A stretch of 63,237 nucleotides of DNA, the filler included, from Reclinomonas americana ATCC 50394 (lineage: Eukaryota), in the NCBI GenBank assembly GCA_048213135.1. It is 14 parts of 14 records of this genome, joined end to end, with 100 filler letters (N's around TTAATTAATTAA, not from the genome) between each part and the next. Parts side by side here need not be neighbours in the genome. Positions count along the whole stretch, not along the records: positions 43,586 to 47,458 come from AFZH01020405.1; positions 47,559 to 53,393 come from AFZH01020406.1; positions 53,494 to 57,379 come from AFZH01020407.1; 11 more parts are not named here. One strand, given 5' to 3'. Under the pieces are notes generated by a model that was not told the origin of the DNA, ran no database searches, and worked only from the letters and a program-made list of their open reading frames with translations. Positions 44,201-57,479 of this stretch are shown here, in pieces; position 1 is the stretch's first letter; every line of letters begins with the position of its first letter. Made by a program: the position numbers and the translations under genes.

Positions 44201-46711
44201 TTGGATGCTGAGGCACTGACGGCGCTCTTCCGCAAGGTTTATTCCTTTTTCTCCGTGATGCGATTTATCAAGTCACTGACTTGTCCATGCTCACACTCTC
44301 TCTTCCTTTCGTCAACCTCAGTGCTCTGCTTCCGAGCTCCTTGCCCACCGCAACGACGACCGGCAGACGGCACTGGAGCTGCTGGCTGCGTGTGGCTCGC
44401 CGACCGATGTTCGCATCTTGCTCGACGCACTGGAGGCAACAGCAACGGCTGACGCTGTCAATCCAAGTGTCCACAAAGAGGCGGCCGTGGAAGCACTTGC
44501 GCATTGCAACTGTGCTGTGGCGGCCATGTTCCTCCTTGAGAGCTGTAGCGTGGGGTTGCAGCCAGCCGCCATCAGCACCGTGGAGGTTTGTGGAAATGCA
44601 CTTGTACCTTAATGGGATTCGCGTGTGCGATTGACCTTGTTGTCATGTGGCTCGTTGCAGTCCTGGCTGAGTGAACGCCGCGTGTGGGAGCAACTTGACG
44701 GGCTCGTGTTGCAAGAGAGGATGGAGAAGTGCCGCGACATTGTGCAAGACTTCCGGACCAGTGCGTGTCCCTTTGCAGTCGTCGTGTCGCTTATCGCTCT
44801 CCTCATGGTTGCGATACGAATGCAGGAGGTTTTACTTTTACGGCACCAGCGGAGCCTCCTGTCTTTGAACGGCGTCATGTACACATTAAGTTTGCCGGTG
44901 TTTGCCTCGACCGCATCACTCTTCGGAGTGATTTGTGGGGCGTCACTGGCAAGTCTCTGGAACTGGAAGAGTTGCTGGACAGGCAGGGTTTGTACTCGCG
45001 CTCTCTTCCACAACTCTCGCTTTCGCTTCGTTGACGACAATTTCTGTATTGCCTTGTGCAGAGGCGCTGCCGCAGCAGGTGGAGACAGTTGTTGAAGCCG
45101 CTACTGCGGTACACGCGGCCGAGTCAGCGCCCGTGGTGTTCAAGAAGAAGCACCTCGATCTGTTCGTCAACCACCGTGGAGTGCAGGTGCGCTTCAGATT
45201 ACGTCACCACGCTGCCACCACCTTGCTCAGCTGACGCTTTACTGCCGTACAGGAAATTCTCGAGTCCACTGACGAGAGTGACAAGGGTTCGTCGTTTGTC
45301 AACGTTACGCAATGATGTTTTCCCTGGTGTGTTCACTGTTCCCCTTGTGCAGCTGTCGCCGTGCGACTGGAAAAACTTGATCGCATTTGCAAGGTATTCT
45401 TGGAGGAGACGATTACATGCCTTGGAAACAACACGGGTGCGACTGCTGTGCATTCCTCCAGTCGACACACAGTTATCGCTCACCGATGCGTCTGTCCATT
45501 GTGCAGCAACTGCGGCGGGCCCCGTTGCCGACTACGAGACAGTGGCGGAGCAAAACATCCACCAACTCGGAGCCAAGCTTGTCGTTCTCACAGATATGTT
45601 GGCCGCAGCCGAGGCTCGCGACGATCCCAAATTCGTTGCCGGCCAAAGAGCTGTAGATGCCGCGTGCAGTCTGCTGGAGTATGTGAAGGACAAGATGCCG
45701 CCGGCGCAGAAATACAAGTCGAAAGAGGCCCGTCCACGTTGCAGTCTACAGTTTCACGGTCTGTGCGAAGTTGTTGACAAGGCATTGCGTCAAGTGGTCG
45801 ACTGGGTGCGTGCAGCTTGTCACCATATCGAGTGCGCACACTTGCCTCACATCCTTTCGTCTGCCGCGCACAGACCGGCCACTATCTGGACGAATTGGCC
45901 AGTCTGTGGACGAAGCAGCGCATTGTGATTGGCGACCAGCACTCGGCGGACAACAAGCGCCAATTCAACCTCTCAATTGACTTGCTTACGCAGTCAATCA
46001 AGCTTCAACGTCAAGTGCCGACCGCTTTTGATCCGGAATGGGAGAAGCGCATGTTGGCCAGCGTTGCGAGCTGCACCGAGACCAATGAGGAGTTTTTGTT
46101 GCTGGCTGCACAACTGAAGCAGCTCGGCAGGAAGGTGGTGGCTGATCGACGGTTGCTGCGTGGCAAGGACGACGACTCGGCGCGCTTGCGGTACGAAGCA
46201 CAGCGCACTGTCGACGGCATCAATAAGCAAATGCGCGCACTTCGGCGACAGATTCACAATCTGCGGGTCGTCGCACTTGCGCTTCGCGAATTCAAGGATC
46301 ATTACGCCTGTGCGTTTGATGGACTGCAGCATGCATTCACCTCCTGGGTGGACGACGAGTTGTGCAGTAGTGCAGCACGTTGTGGTCGGCAGCAGTTGCT
46401 CACTCGATGTGTTGAGGCTGCCTGTGAGCCAGTGCAGCAGGCGATTGACGATGTTGCGTGCCGACAACAACACACAATGATGCTCGTCGTTGCTGACATG
46501 TATGCGTGTGCGTCTGCAGGATCCGAGTCGTCAACTAGCGGTCGACACACTTCGAGAATGGGAGTCCCGTCTGCGCGGCTTGCATGAGCTCATTGCCACG
46601 GCCGCCGATGGCCCAGACCGAGATGAGTTGCAACAAGTGGTTGACAATCAACTCGTTCCATTGCGTGCCTCGATTGATTGCGATGTCAGCTGCACAGCGG
46701 GTGCGCCGTGA
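41004..46711 (+). CDS. Large unknown multi-exon protein, paralog B, spans two gaps; end approximate
   Basis: Starts MSFHDGDFDGED; ankyrin-like DENNNNILGTYV and HRNDDRQTALELLA; collinear similarity to the gene at 34748-40585. Confidence 0.7.
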
Positions 46712-46765
46712 GCCTGTAACAGTCAGTGTACATGAAGTGAAAAGGGTGTTTGTTACTAATGATCA

Positions 46766-47271
46766 TTATTTCTTCTTGGCTGGTGGCTTGGCTCCCTTTG
46801 GTGGTGGAGCGGCGGCGCCGGCGGCCAGTGTAGGCACTCCATACAGCACTTGAGACAGAATTCGAGTAGCAGACAAGTATGGAGCGGGGGGAGCACTGCC
46901 GCTTCCTTCGCCGCCACCAGTGCTGTCGCGATGCTCCGGAAGCTGGGTGTGCGCGACGTGAGTAATATATTTGTGTGTGTATGTGCAGCACACGGTACGC
47001 AACAGCGTCGCCAGGGCGGCACACCTCGCGGTACCACTCGCAATCGGACTCGAGGAACTTGAAGAGCTCTTCACGACGCTTCGTCATGGCGGCGCCAAGG
47101 AGCGGTGAACCCGCAGCACCGCCAGTGCTATCCGACACGAGGCGTCGCAAAAATTCGACATTGTCAACCGGGAATGTGGAGAATGCGTTGACGAGACACG
47201 ACCGAGCGCCGAGCGACATGAGCAGCATGGCAGTATTGTTTGGTACCTGCGAACATGTTTCTCAGTCAGTC

Positions 47272-47356
<85 letters not shown>

Positions 47357-47702
47357 GTGTACGACGTACGTAACGTACGTCGCGACGTACTACGTACGTA
47401 CGGTACGGTACGGTACGGTCGTCGGTTCCGGTCCGTCGTCTCGTCGTCGTCGTTCGTCNNNNNNNNNNNNNNNNNNNNNNNNNNNNNNNNNNNNNNNNNN
47501 NNTTAATTAATTAANNNNNNNNNNNNNNNNNNNNNNNNNNNNNNNNNNNNNNNNNNNNGTACGGTACGTACGACGTACGAGACGACGACCGACGACGACC
47601 GGACGGACGACGACGTACGTAGTACGACGACGACTAGTCGACGTAGTTAGTTTGGTTTACGTTACGTCGTCGACGTACGTAGTTCGTTCGTCGTACGTCG
47701 TC

Positions 47703-47785
<83 letters not shown>

Positions 47786-50700
47786 TTGCTGAGGCACAAA
47801 GTTGCGCGCAATACCTCGAGGTACAGGCGACGGTCGGTTCGTTCCGCATCCTGCTTGGTCTTGCGACGGCTGCTGGCCTCACACTCGCACCGATCCAGCA
47901 ACATGGCGAGCGCAAGATCTGCAGTGGCAGCGGCGGATGAGTGAGTGCAATAGGTACGGCAAAATGCCGATCAGCAATAACGAAACTGTTGAGTGGCAAC
48001 GCTGCAATATCCTCCGTATTGACGTAGGACATGAAGCTGGAGAAACCGGCAAAGAGGAACACCGCCTTGCGACGCATGCCCTGCTGCCATTCACCGTTGC
48101 TTGGCACGTGCTCAGATCCGTGCAAACCGACCCAGTTCTTGCCGCTCGGTAACGCCTGGTGACCATGCATGAGTCACATATGCACACCGACACTTGCCGA
48201 CAAACAGCAGCAGCTCACCGCCTGGGCACTGCGGAAGGCACCCGAAAGGTCAAAGAGCTGTGACTCGGCCATCGGGTCACACATGAAGCTGACATTGTCG
48301 AAGCCTTGCACACTTCCGTCAAAGTCGCGCATCTGCTGCGCCAGCAAGTGCACCGACACGTGGCGAACAATCGAGGCCGCCGGCCGCAACGGAGTCAGCA
48401 CCAGCTCCCACGGCACGAACTGCGCGCGCGGAGATGAGGCAAGCGGTGCGTGAGAGAAAGAGACCGCTGATCATACCTGCAGCTCCGGATCGACAACCAA
48501 AAGAATCGGAGGCAGCCGCGAACCCGCCGAGGGGTCGACTTCCGGGAACACAGCAAGCTCCTTCTGCAGCAGGTGCCGGAGGTCCTCGAATGCGTCGGAG
48601 AGCACCTGACCGACGGCCAGGAACTGAGCATCTTTGGCGCGGTCCTCTTCATCTGCAGGCTCCTGCAGAATCGACAACAGGCATGATGAGCGAAGGGCGA
48701 GGCTGGGGAAATAGCGCGGATTACGCATGCCCACGAACCACAATCTTCGACCACTTGTCATCCCACGCCCGGAAGTCGGCAACACCCTTGCGGAATAATC
48801 TCTCGTTGAATGCACAGCGCCGAACAACATGCAACTCGCGTGCCTTGTGCAACATGGACAGAAGCACGACACCGGGTTCCACATTCAACGGCAGCGTGAG
48901 CGACAGCAACAGTGTCTCTTCCGGCAAGGTGACCAGCACGTCGGCGACAAGTGGCGAGCAGTCGGTACTGCATACGGCCACATATTAGCGTGGACGACAC
49001 CAACAGGAGAAGAAGAACTGTACTACGCGTGACGCACTTTTTCGCCGCCGCCGACTTGCTGGCGCTGAATCCGCGACTGGCTCTGTACGCCGGCAGGTGC
49101 GCCGCAAACGCACCGCCAGCTCGCTGCTCGAGGAAAGCGGCCTGCCGAGCTGCCACGGCCTCGCGAGTTCGCGGACCTCTGGCGGCCTCGAGAAGACGCA
49201 GTGACACAGCCACCGAGTGTGCACTGCGAGACGCCGACGATTAGAAATGAGCGGAGACACAAGCACAAAAAAAAAGGGAGCAAGCGATAGAGCTGAGAGG
49301 GGGAGAGAGAAAATGCGACAACACATGTGCGAGGGATCGAGAGAAGACTGCCACATCCATTCACGCACCTCTGTCGCCACAACATCCACTCCATGGTGCG
49401 CAGGGCCGGCGAGTGACTTGCATGGCAGTATGCCAAGTGCTCAGTGGCCACCTCCAGCTCTGCCCACTGTTCGTGCACTCGCATCATCTCGATGGCACGA
49501 CCGAGATACTGGACGGCATTCTCGCGGCTAAGCTCGGCCGGCGTGAGAAGGCTGTCGACGGCCACCGAGCTGCCGCCGCTCTGCCGCTCCACACGATCCC
49601 ACGACGATGTCACATTGTGATCCACGGCCAGGTAGTAGAACGCCACGCCGAGCCACACACAGCATCGAGTCTGCGGCACAACGAGCAACACATTGTGATG
49701 TGATGATGTGTGTCATGGACAAGGGATGACCACGAACCGCCAACTGTGGGTTGGAGATGCTGTTGAGGGCGCCACACAACAATGTCACCGCGATTTCTGG
49801 GTGCTCCAGTGTCGTCGACCGCTCCTCCTCCTCCTGCTGCTGGGCCATCTCCGCGCGCAAATACCGCTGCAGCGGTGAACCGAGTCCAGCACCCGCACCC
49901 TCCTCTGCCTCGTGCACGCTGGCACGCGCACGGTGCTTGTCATGCCACACCTCCAAGTTGGCGATGCCGAGCTCCATATTGACGTGCGCTAGCGCCTCGC
50001 CGGCCGCCAGGAACGGAACGTGCTCGACCGGAAGGCCACCTAGAGTCTCCTCGGCAAATGAAGCCGCCGCAGGCTTCAGCCGCATGAGCATGCGCAGTGC
50101 TTGCTGACTCAACTGCCACAGCTGATCGTTAGACGAAACCGGAAACACACCACACATCTTGCTATCTGGCACTCACCCGCAGGCGAGCGCTGCTCGATCT
50201 CGTCTGCTCGCGACGCTTGCGCAACACGCGCACCAGCAACATGCAAGCATTGAACTGGTCGGCAAATGATCCGCTGCTCTCAAACGTCGAAAAGGCTGCG
50301 GCGGCGTTCAACGTCGCCGAGTCCAGCAAGGTGGCCTCGCTGGCACGCACCAACGTGCGTTCAAACTGCGTTACTTGCAACTGCGCCCGCAGCACGAGGA
50401 CACGTGCCTTGGCCAGCTCGAACCGCCAGCTGAGAGGTGTGGACGACGAGGGCGCCAGTCGTCGTTCAATTTCGCCCATGGCGTCGGTGAGCCAGTCGGA
50501 GATCTCACGAAAATCGTCCACCTCCATCAGCGTTCGCGTGACCAGTTCAAGCGACGCCAGCCACTGATCGAGCGGTGATGGCAAGTGACAGGCCTCTTGC
50601 ACGCGTTGTACGCACAAGGCCACGTCGCCCTCGGCCGCAGCAAGTTGCGCCTGCACTCTCAAGCAGCGCCCCACAATGACGTCGTGCCGCGCCGCATGTC

Positions 50701-53393
50701 CGTACAACAAAGCCTCATTGGCCAGGTCGGCTACCACATCCCACTCACCGAACTCTGCACGCTGCATTGTCAGGACATAGACGTGAGTGTTTTCTGTCTG
50801 CGGCAGCCACATCACCTAGAAGGAGTTCGGCAATCACACTCCACGCCTCGGCCATGGAGACCGGCTGGAGGATTTCCTCGACAAACAGGTGCACACCTTG
50901 TCGAAGACGTGCCAATGATGGTGGCTTGGGCACTCCGGCGGCGCTCAGCTGCTGCACCTCTTGGCGGTTGGTGGTGCGGTCGTTTGGCGAGATTTCGACT
51001 TGCTTCAGCAGAGCCTCCACTGCAGCCATGGTCTCCGTGGCGTGTCCGAGTGACCGCAACACTCGACACCGACGAAGGAGCACGAGGGAGCGCAGATGCG
51101 GACTCGGAACCAACTTGTCGACCAGCAACTCCTCCAGCAAGAGCAGCGGCGCGGCAAACACTGCGTAGCCCTCTGCGTGCATCAGGTCGAGCGCACTGTC
51201 CAGCAAACGCAGCAAGAGCGCTGGCCTTGTGACAGACGTGGAATTGATGCAGTGTGCCGCAGAGGACGGCGTCTCAAACACATCCACTAGCGCCTGCGGC
51301 CACTGATACCAGAGCCATTCGCTGTGCGACTGCGGCAACTCCAACACATACGTGTCACCCACAGCATCACGATTCTTCTTGACGGCCATGAAGAGCGATA
51401 CGCTGCACGAATAGGGGATATAAGCACACGCGTACAGCAAATAAGTGTGTGCGTGCAGGTTGCGGTAGTCACCTAATCAGGCGCGTGGCAAAGTAGTGCA
51501 CAAAGCGGAGAGCACTCAGACGCTGCTGCTGCGACTCGGCCGTGAACACCACCAGTCCCGCAGCACGGAGGAGCATTTCAAAGTGGCGCGCGGTGAGCGG
51601 TGGATCTGGTTCGCGTGCGCGGGTCGATCCGCGTGAGCTCCCTCGGGAGCTGCCACGAGAGCTGCCACGAGACGACGGCGACCGCGATCGTGAGCTGCGA
51701 CGCGCCGAGCGAGAGGAGCGACGGCTAGAAGGAGAAGGAGGAAAATAAACATGCACGTTTGGACACGTGATGATACATAACCACCCGTCACGAAGCATCA
51801 TCTCCTCTCACCTGCCAGTGGCGGAGCCACGGCTGCTTTGTCGACTCCGACCGCTTGCCGACGTCTTCGCACTCTTGACACTCTTGCCACCGGAAAACAT
51901 GCTGCGCACGTCGTCGCCCCCATCCGGCTCCTCCTCCTCCAAAATGCTATCGAATATGGACTGCAGCAGCAGCCACCTGGTCAGACAGTGTTCCGAAACA
52001 CTCTCAAGTACACAAGCACACACCAGCAGCTGATCGGACACATCAGCGGCAGAAGCCTGCTGTAGGGTAAGCCACAGGCCCAGCTCGGCCAGTACTTCGG
52101 CGCGGACAAGCATGCTGTCGCCGGCCACTTGCAACGCATGTTCGAACGCCTCGAGCGCAGCCTGTGAGTCGTTGACACTGCGCACCAACTGCATGCACGC
52201 TTGTGTCTGCGTTTCCGAGTCGTACTCTCGCAGGCGACCCAGCACGGAGGCCGGGTTCTGGCCGCAGCGGCCGGTGAACTTGATGGTTGCTGCGTGGAGC
52301 ATGATAAACAGTGTCATGAGCTGATGTCCACGCCAGAGACGCAACGCAAAGTACTTCACGCGAACCTTCCCACACCACCTGGTGTCGCGAGCGTGGCAAG
52401 TGAGCAAGCGCCTGTTTCGTCCACGCCAAGCCTGCCGCCCAGTTCTGCTCGTCTTCGAGACACTTGAACATGAGGGCGTACAGCTGCGAGCACAGCACGC
52501 CGAGCTCCCGGGCTTCGCGCTCCTCCGGCAACTCCTCCACTGGCTCGTCATCGTCCTCGCCACCATCGGCCTCCTCATCGCTCTTCTTTCTCGCCGTCTC
52601 CGCAATCGTCACATTGCGCAGCTGTGCAAGCAGCGTCTCCAGCAGCGGTCGCACAGACACGCGCAGATCGGCCCTGGACGCCAGAGGGAGACACGTGTTC
52701 CAGAAACACTTGGCCGCCGATTGCACCAGCGAATTCACAGTCGAGATGACGCCCGTCTCTGCGGCGGCCACAAAGCGCGACAGCGCCTTGCCCAGGACCA
52801 CCACACGAGTAGTCAGTGGCATATCCGGCCGCAACAGTGCCGCAATTGCCTGCCCATAAGTGCGCTCAGCCAGCGACACCCACCGCCACGCCCGGGTGGA
52901 TGACGACGGTGGCAGATCGCTGGGTTTGCATCGCAGTGAGAGTTCGGCGCACTCCAGCGTCTCGTGGAAGCGATTCAACAAGAACGCCTGCACAGCAAGA
53001 CGCGCACAGAGCTCGAGTTGTGGTCGCGGACGCAAGGCTGCAATGGCCTCCTCAAAGTACTTGGCGCGCACTGGAGCATCGACTCCAGGAATCAGCAGGC
53101 ATTCAAGTCGGAAAATCGCTCGATACCACTCATCGGCTCCGGCCTTCGGCGCTGCGAGAGAGACGGTCAGGCCAAGAAACGTCGACGCGAATTCACCACA
53201 GCGTGAGATGTACCTGGCTCCTGTCCGCGAAGTTTCTGGAGTTTGGCAATCAGCGCAATGTGCACCTTGGCCGACATGGGCTTGACGCCCTCCACAGTCT
53301 TCTCCAGCACTTCTTGAGCGGCCTTGAGATCCTCGGACGTGCCATCGCGGTAGTTGTACAGTTGGCTGACGGGCGAGGGTGAGTTGGAGAGTG
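46766..53393 (-). CDS. CFAP46: CFAP46/TTC40-like axonemal central-pair protein, 5'-partial, spans one gap
   Basis: TPR-like helices (PQLELCARLAVQAF, LVQSAAKCFWNTCLPL); C-terminal LLVVDPELQ|FVPWELV, SFMCDP, WVGLHGSEHVPSNGEWQQ, VFLFAG and VLYGVP resemble the CFAP46 C-terminal region. Confidence 0.75.
47275..47355. repeat. (GT)n microsatellite in a CFAP46 intron; continues at 47706-47784 across the gap
   Basis: About 40 uninterrupted GT units. Similar (GT/CA)n or (GA/CT)n runs lie at 31170-31220, 41238-41284, 57330-57379 and 59506-59551, each close to a contig end. Confidence 0.95.
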
Positions 53394-55433
53394 NNNNNNN
53401 NNNNNNNNNNNNNNNNNNNNNNNNNNNNNNNNNNNNNTTAATTAATTAANNNNNNNNNNNNNNNNNNNNNNNNNNNNNNNNNNNNNNNNNNNNGGTAGTC
53501 TGTTGTGTCTTTTTCGTCTCTGTGATATTTGTTGTGCGTGCATCTTCAGTCGTGCGTGTAAGTGCCTCAGGAGAGCGAATCACCGATGATTGTTTCATTG
53601 TGTCTTGTTTTGCACACCACCTGGGCGCCACTACTCTGCTTCCCATTGTGCGCATATATGCACGCCGCGGACATTTTCATCCCAGCTCTGCAGGATGCAT
53701 GTAATTCCGTTCCTCCCTTTCTGTCCCTTGTTGAATCTCTCTCTTTCTCTCTCTTTCTCTGCCGTCTTCCTCCTTTGTGCGCTCACCATCTTCCCCAGTC
53801 GTCCGCCTCTCCTTCCCGCACAAGCTCGAGGCCGAGCATGCATGCTGGTCTGCTCAAGATGCGCCGACTTCCATTCTGCCTTCTGCGAGTCCATGATGGT
53901 GAGCATTCCGATACCGAAGTGGCATGACTGCATGCTGACTCTGCTCTCTCTCTCTCTCGTAGGGTGGATGTGTGTGCAGAAACGTCCCTCGGCTTGCCTG
54001 ATGCGCAAACGCGTGTTGGTATCAGATGCTCATCGGTGTGTTCGTCAGCGAGACAAGAGCTCCTCTTCTTCCATTCCTTTGCTCACAGCACACCGACATG
54101 CAGATACCTTGGAGGCACGTGCTTGCCGTCGGCCGTGACGATGAACGGCTGTGCATCGCCCATTGCCGACTGTCACCTCACTCACTCGGCTCTCCACTCG
54201 CATCCCACCGTGAACTCAGCATGTGTGTGGCCTTGTTCGTCTTGATCTCTCTTTCCTCCTTCCCTTCCACTCACCTCATTCATGCAGGTCGTGCATGCTA
54301 TGGAGGGCGTGGCTGGCTATGGGTGTACGTATGCATGCCGTGCTGTGCGATGGATGGCCTGGTCGGTGGATCGTTTTCAATCCCGGATGGTAAGTCGGAG
54401 CGAATCGATGATGTGCGCACCTTGGCTGCTGCTGTCACTGTCGAGCGACGATGGTGGTGACTGCAGGCACGTGCGAGGCCAGCAACTCATGGTGGGCGCG
54501 TATTCTACTCCTGCGTTGAGGAACAAGTTGACGAGACTTGGAGATTGACTGACTCCGCCTGTGTGTCATCTGAACACAGGCGTGCTGGCAAGTCGAAGAC
54601 ACGTGGTTCCATGCTTCGCAGTACACGCATGAGACGATTCCCTACCGACTGCAAGTAAGATTGAAGGCACGAGGCATTGATTGTGATTTGGGTGAGAGGA
54701 CGACACAGCTTCCTCTTCCATCGCTGAGTGGCTGTGCTGGTTGGTCCTCTTTTATTCCTTGTGACTCTCCTTCTTCATTGTCTCACCGCAATCTCGCTGT
54801 GGGCCGATCCAAGGAGGTGTGAGGTTTCGAAGACTCGGTGCTCCTTGAATTCTCAGGTGTGCTTTGCTATGGTATCAGCACAACTGCGCCACAGCTGTGC
54901 ATCCAAGCAGCCCGGCATTCCAGTCCTTGTTGAGAATGCAGGCCAGTCGGAATGAAGTGTCGCTGGATAGCAGCACGGTGCAGTGGAGCTTCACCTCGTG
55001 TCACCACCACCTTGCATGTCTTCTGCCGATTTCGCGCGCGTCGACAAGTCCCATGTCAGTCTTCGAACCCCCACACGCATCATCGGAGCCAGATTGCTCA
55101 CACTACTGCATACTGTGTGGGGTGCGGCGAGGGATGAGGGACGTCTCGGAGCAGGGCGGAAGAAGAATGGCGGGGAACGGTGACAATCGAGCGAGCAAAT
55201 CACACACATAACACACGCAGCGATACGAGAACAGACTCTTCGTGAACAGTAGAGTACCGACCAGGTGGCTTGCTCTTCGAAGAAAAGAAGTTAGCAGAAG
55301 CGAACCAACAAGAGAGGACACAAGAGTCATCTTATCCTTCCAGTTCTCCAATGACAACCAAGGTGCGCTCAGATGCACACGCGAGGGATGCTTGCGTGTG
55401 GCTACTGCTTTCTGAGTGTGTCTCATTGTGAAT

Positions 55434-56495
55434 ATGTCGGTGCAGGTCTTGCGGGGCCACACAGGGACGGTACGATGTGTCGCTATCACGCCGAATGGTC
55501 AGCGCATCGTGAGTGGGAATAGAGACAGCACAGTGCGTGTGTGGTCACTGGCGAGTGGCGAAGAAGTGCAACGGTTGGAGGGACACACTGAACGGGTAAT
55601 GTCTGTCGCCGTCACTGCCGACGGCCAGCGCATTGTGAGTGGCAGTAGAGACAACACGTTACGAGTGTGGTCTCTGGCACGTGGCGACGAAGTACGGCGG
55701 TTAGAGGGGCACACTGGATGGATTTACTCTGTCGTTGTCACTCCCGATGATCAACACATCATAAGCGGGAGTTCGGACCAGACAGTGCGAGTGTGGTCAC
55801 TGGCGAGTGTCGAAGAAGAACGGCAGCTGACGTTGGCAAGACGTGCCGGCGTAGTGTGGTCCCTTGCTGTCACTCCCGATGGTCAACACATTGTGAGCGG
55901 GGGCGAGGACAGAACAGTGCGGGTGTGGTCACTGGCGAGTGGAGAGGAAGTGCGGCGACTGGATGGACACATTGGAACTGTGTGGTCCGTCGCCGTCTCG
56001 CCTGATGGCCTGCATATCGTGAGCGGAAGCGGGGATAAGACAGTGCGGGTGTGGACCCTCGCGAATGGAGACGGAGTGTGGCGGATGCAGGGGCACAGTG
56101 GTGCAGTGCTGTCTGTCGCCGTCACTCCCGATGGTCAGCACGTCGTGAGTGGAAGTGCCGACAAGACGGTGCGTGTGTGGTCTTTCGCGCATGGAGAAGA
56201 AGTGCGACGGTTGGAGGGGCACATTAACTGGGTCCTCGCTGTCGTCGTTACTCCTGATGGCCAGCACATCGTGAGTGGCAGTCGGGACGAGACGATCCGT
56301 GTGTGGTCCACGCCGCGTGGGCTGGCGAGGCAAGAGCTTGCAGCCGCGCAATCAGCCGTGCTGGCCGTCAACGAGCTGCTTGCTGAAGAAGATGACTGTA
56401 ACTGGATCCTGGTCGATGTCGCGCTGCGCTGTTTTGTGTTGGAGGATGCAGAGGCGATTGAACGCCGTGCGCCTGAATGGTGCTGGACGGAGTGA
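55434..56495 (+). CDS. Intronless seven-repeat WD40 protein with a short helical C-terminal tail
   Basis: Seven highly similar ~42-aa repeats with consensus LEGH...V.SVAVTPDGQHIVSGS.D.TVRVWSLA.GEEVRR in a single uninterrupted ORF. Confidence 0.93.
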   Translation: MSVQVLRGHTGTVRCVAITPNGQRIVSGNRDSTVRVWSLASGEEVQRLEGHTERVMSVAVTADGQRIVSGSRDNTLRVWSLARGDEVRRLEGHTGWIYSVVVTPDDQHIISGSSDQTVRVWSLASVEEERQLTLARRAGVVWSLAVTPDGQHIVSGGEDRTVRVWSLASGEEVRRLDGHIGTVWSVAVSPDGLHIVSGSGDKTVRVWTLANGDGVWRMQGHSGAVLSVAVTPDGQHVVSGSADKTVRVWSFAHGEEVRRLEGHINWVLAVVVTPDGQHIVSGSRDETIRVWSTPRGLARQELAAAQSAVLAVNELLAEEDDCNWILVDVALRCFVLEDAEAIERRAPEWCWTE

Positions 56496-57326
56496 GCTCA
56501 ATGAATGTACGAAGACCGATTGCTGTCACTGCGCAACTCTGTGATGTCGACTGCCACACCGCCTCACACGTGCTTCTCCACTGCCTTGCCACGTGGAGGC
56601 AGCTGGAAAGCAGATACAGCTCTGTGCCGTGGGATTGCAAGAAGAGCATGCCGAGTGCGGGTGTGTGTGGGTGGTTGTGATGAGGCCACGGAATGAACAG
56701 ACACACGCGTGTTGCTCGGCATTGAGCGAGCCCTCGCTCACCCACCCACACACCCGCCTTGTGCTTGCCCCCATGTCGCCTTGTCATTCGAATGCAGCGG
56801 AGATGCCAGCCTGTCGCTGTTGAAGCAGCGGCCAGTGGCGTCATTGCCCGCCTCCCCCCTCTCACACTGGCACCGCGTGAACATGGAGAGCTCACCAAGC
56901 ATTGAGTCAGATGGCCACTCTTCTCCCCTCGCACGCCATGGGGAGTGTACTTGCCCCGCGAACTCGTTTTCTGCACGAGCACAAGCATGTGTGGCGCACC
57001 CCACTCACGCGTTGCGCTGCTTCTTCGCTCTCTTTCTGAATCGTGTGTTGTTGGCCTCCACCCGACTCACGTACAGATGAGTTGATGCTCATGGCGTGTT
57101 GAGGTGAACAGGCTCGGCAAATGCATGCATGCATGCACATTCAATGCCGCAACATTCACTCATTTTGCAGGTTGAGAATGGAGCTCCACGACGGGGACGC
57201 AGAGACACAGGGGGCACTGAGACACAGACAGCGCCGCGAGGCGCACGCACACGCGCGAGAGAGTTGATGTTGATGTTCCGTCGGATGAACAAGAGTGCTT
57301 CTCGCAACTAAACGTATAGTAACTAA

Positions 57327-57379
<53 letters not shown>

Positions 57380-57479
57380 NNNNNNNNNNNNNNNNNNNNN
57401 NNNNNNNNNNNNNNNNNNNNNNNTTAATTAATTAANNNNNNNNNNNNNNNNNNNNNNNNNNNNNNNNNNNNNNNNNNNN

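Noticed and set aside
34748..46711. Possible transposon or endogenous virus, given unfamiliar ORFs
   Set aside because: No transposase, reverse transcriptase, integrase or capsid motifs and no terminal repeats; the region is explained by two intron-containing paralogs.
47356..47705. ACGT/TACG/GACG-rich quasi-repeats at contig ends (also ~41290-41420, 41521-41600 and 59552-59586)
   Set aside because: They follow long microsatellites next to gaps and look like pyrosequencing flow-order noise, not a real repeat or array.
55434..56310. Regular ~126-bp direct repeats as a possible CRISPR-like array
   Set aside because: They are in-frame WD40 coding repeats with no repeat-spacer structure.
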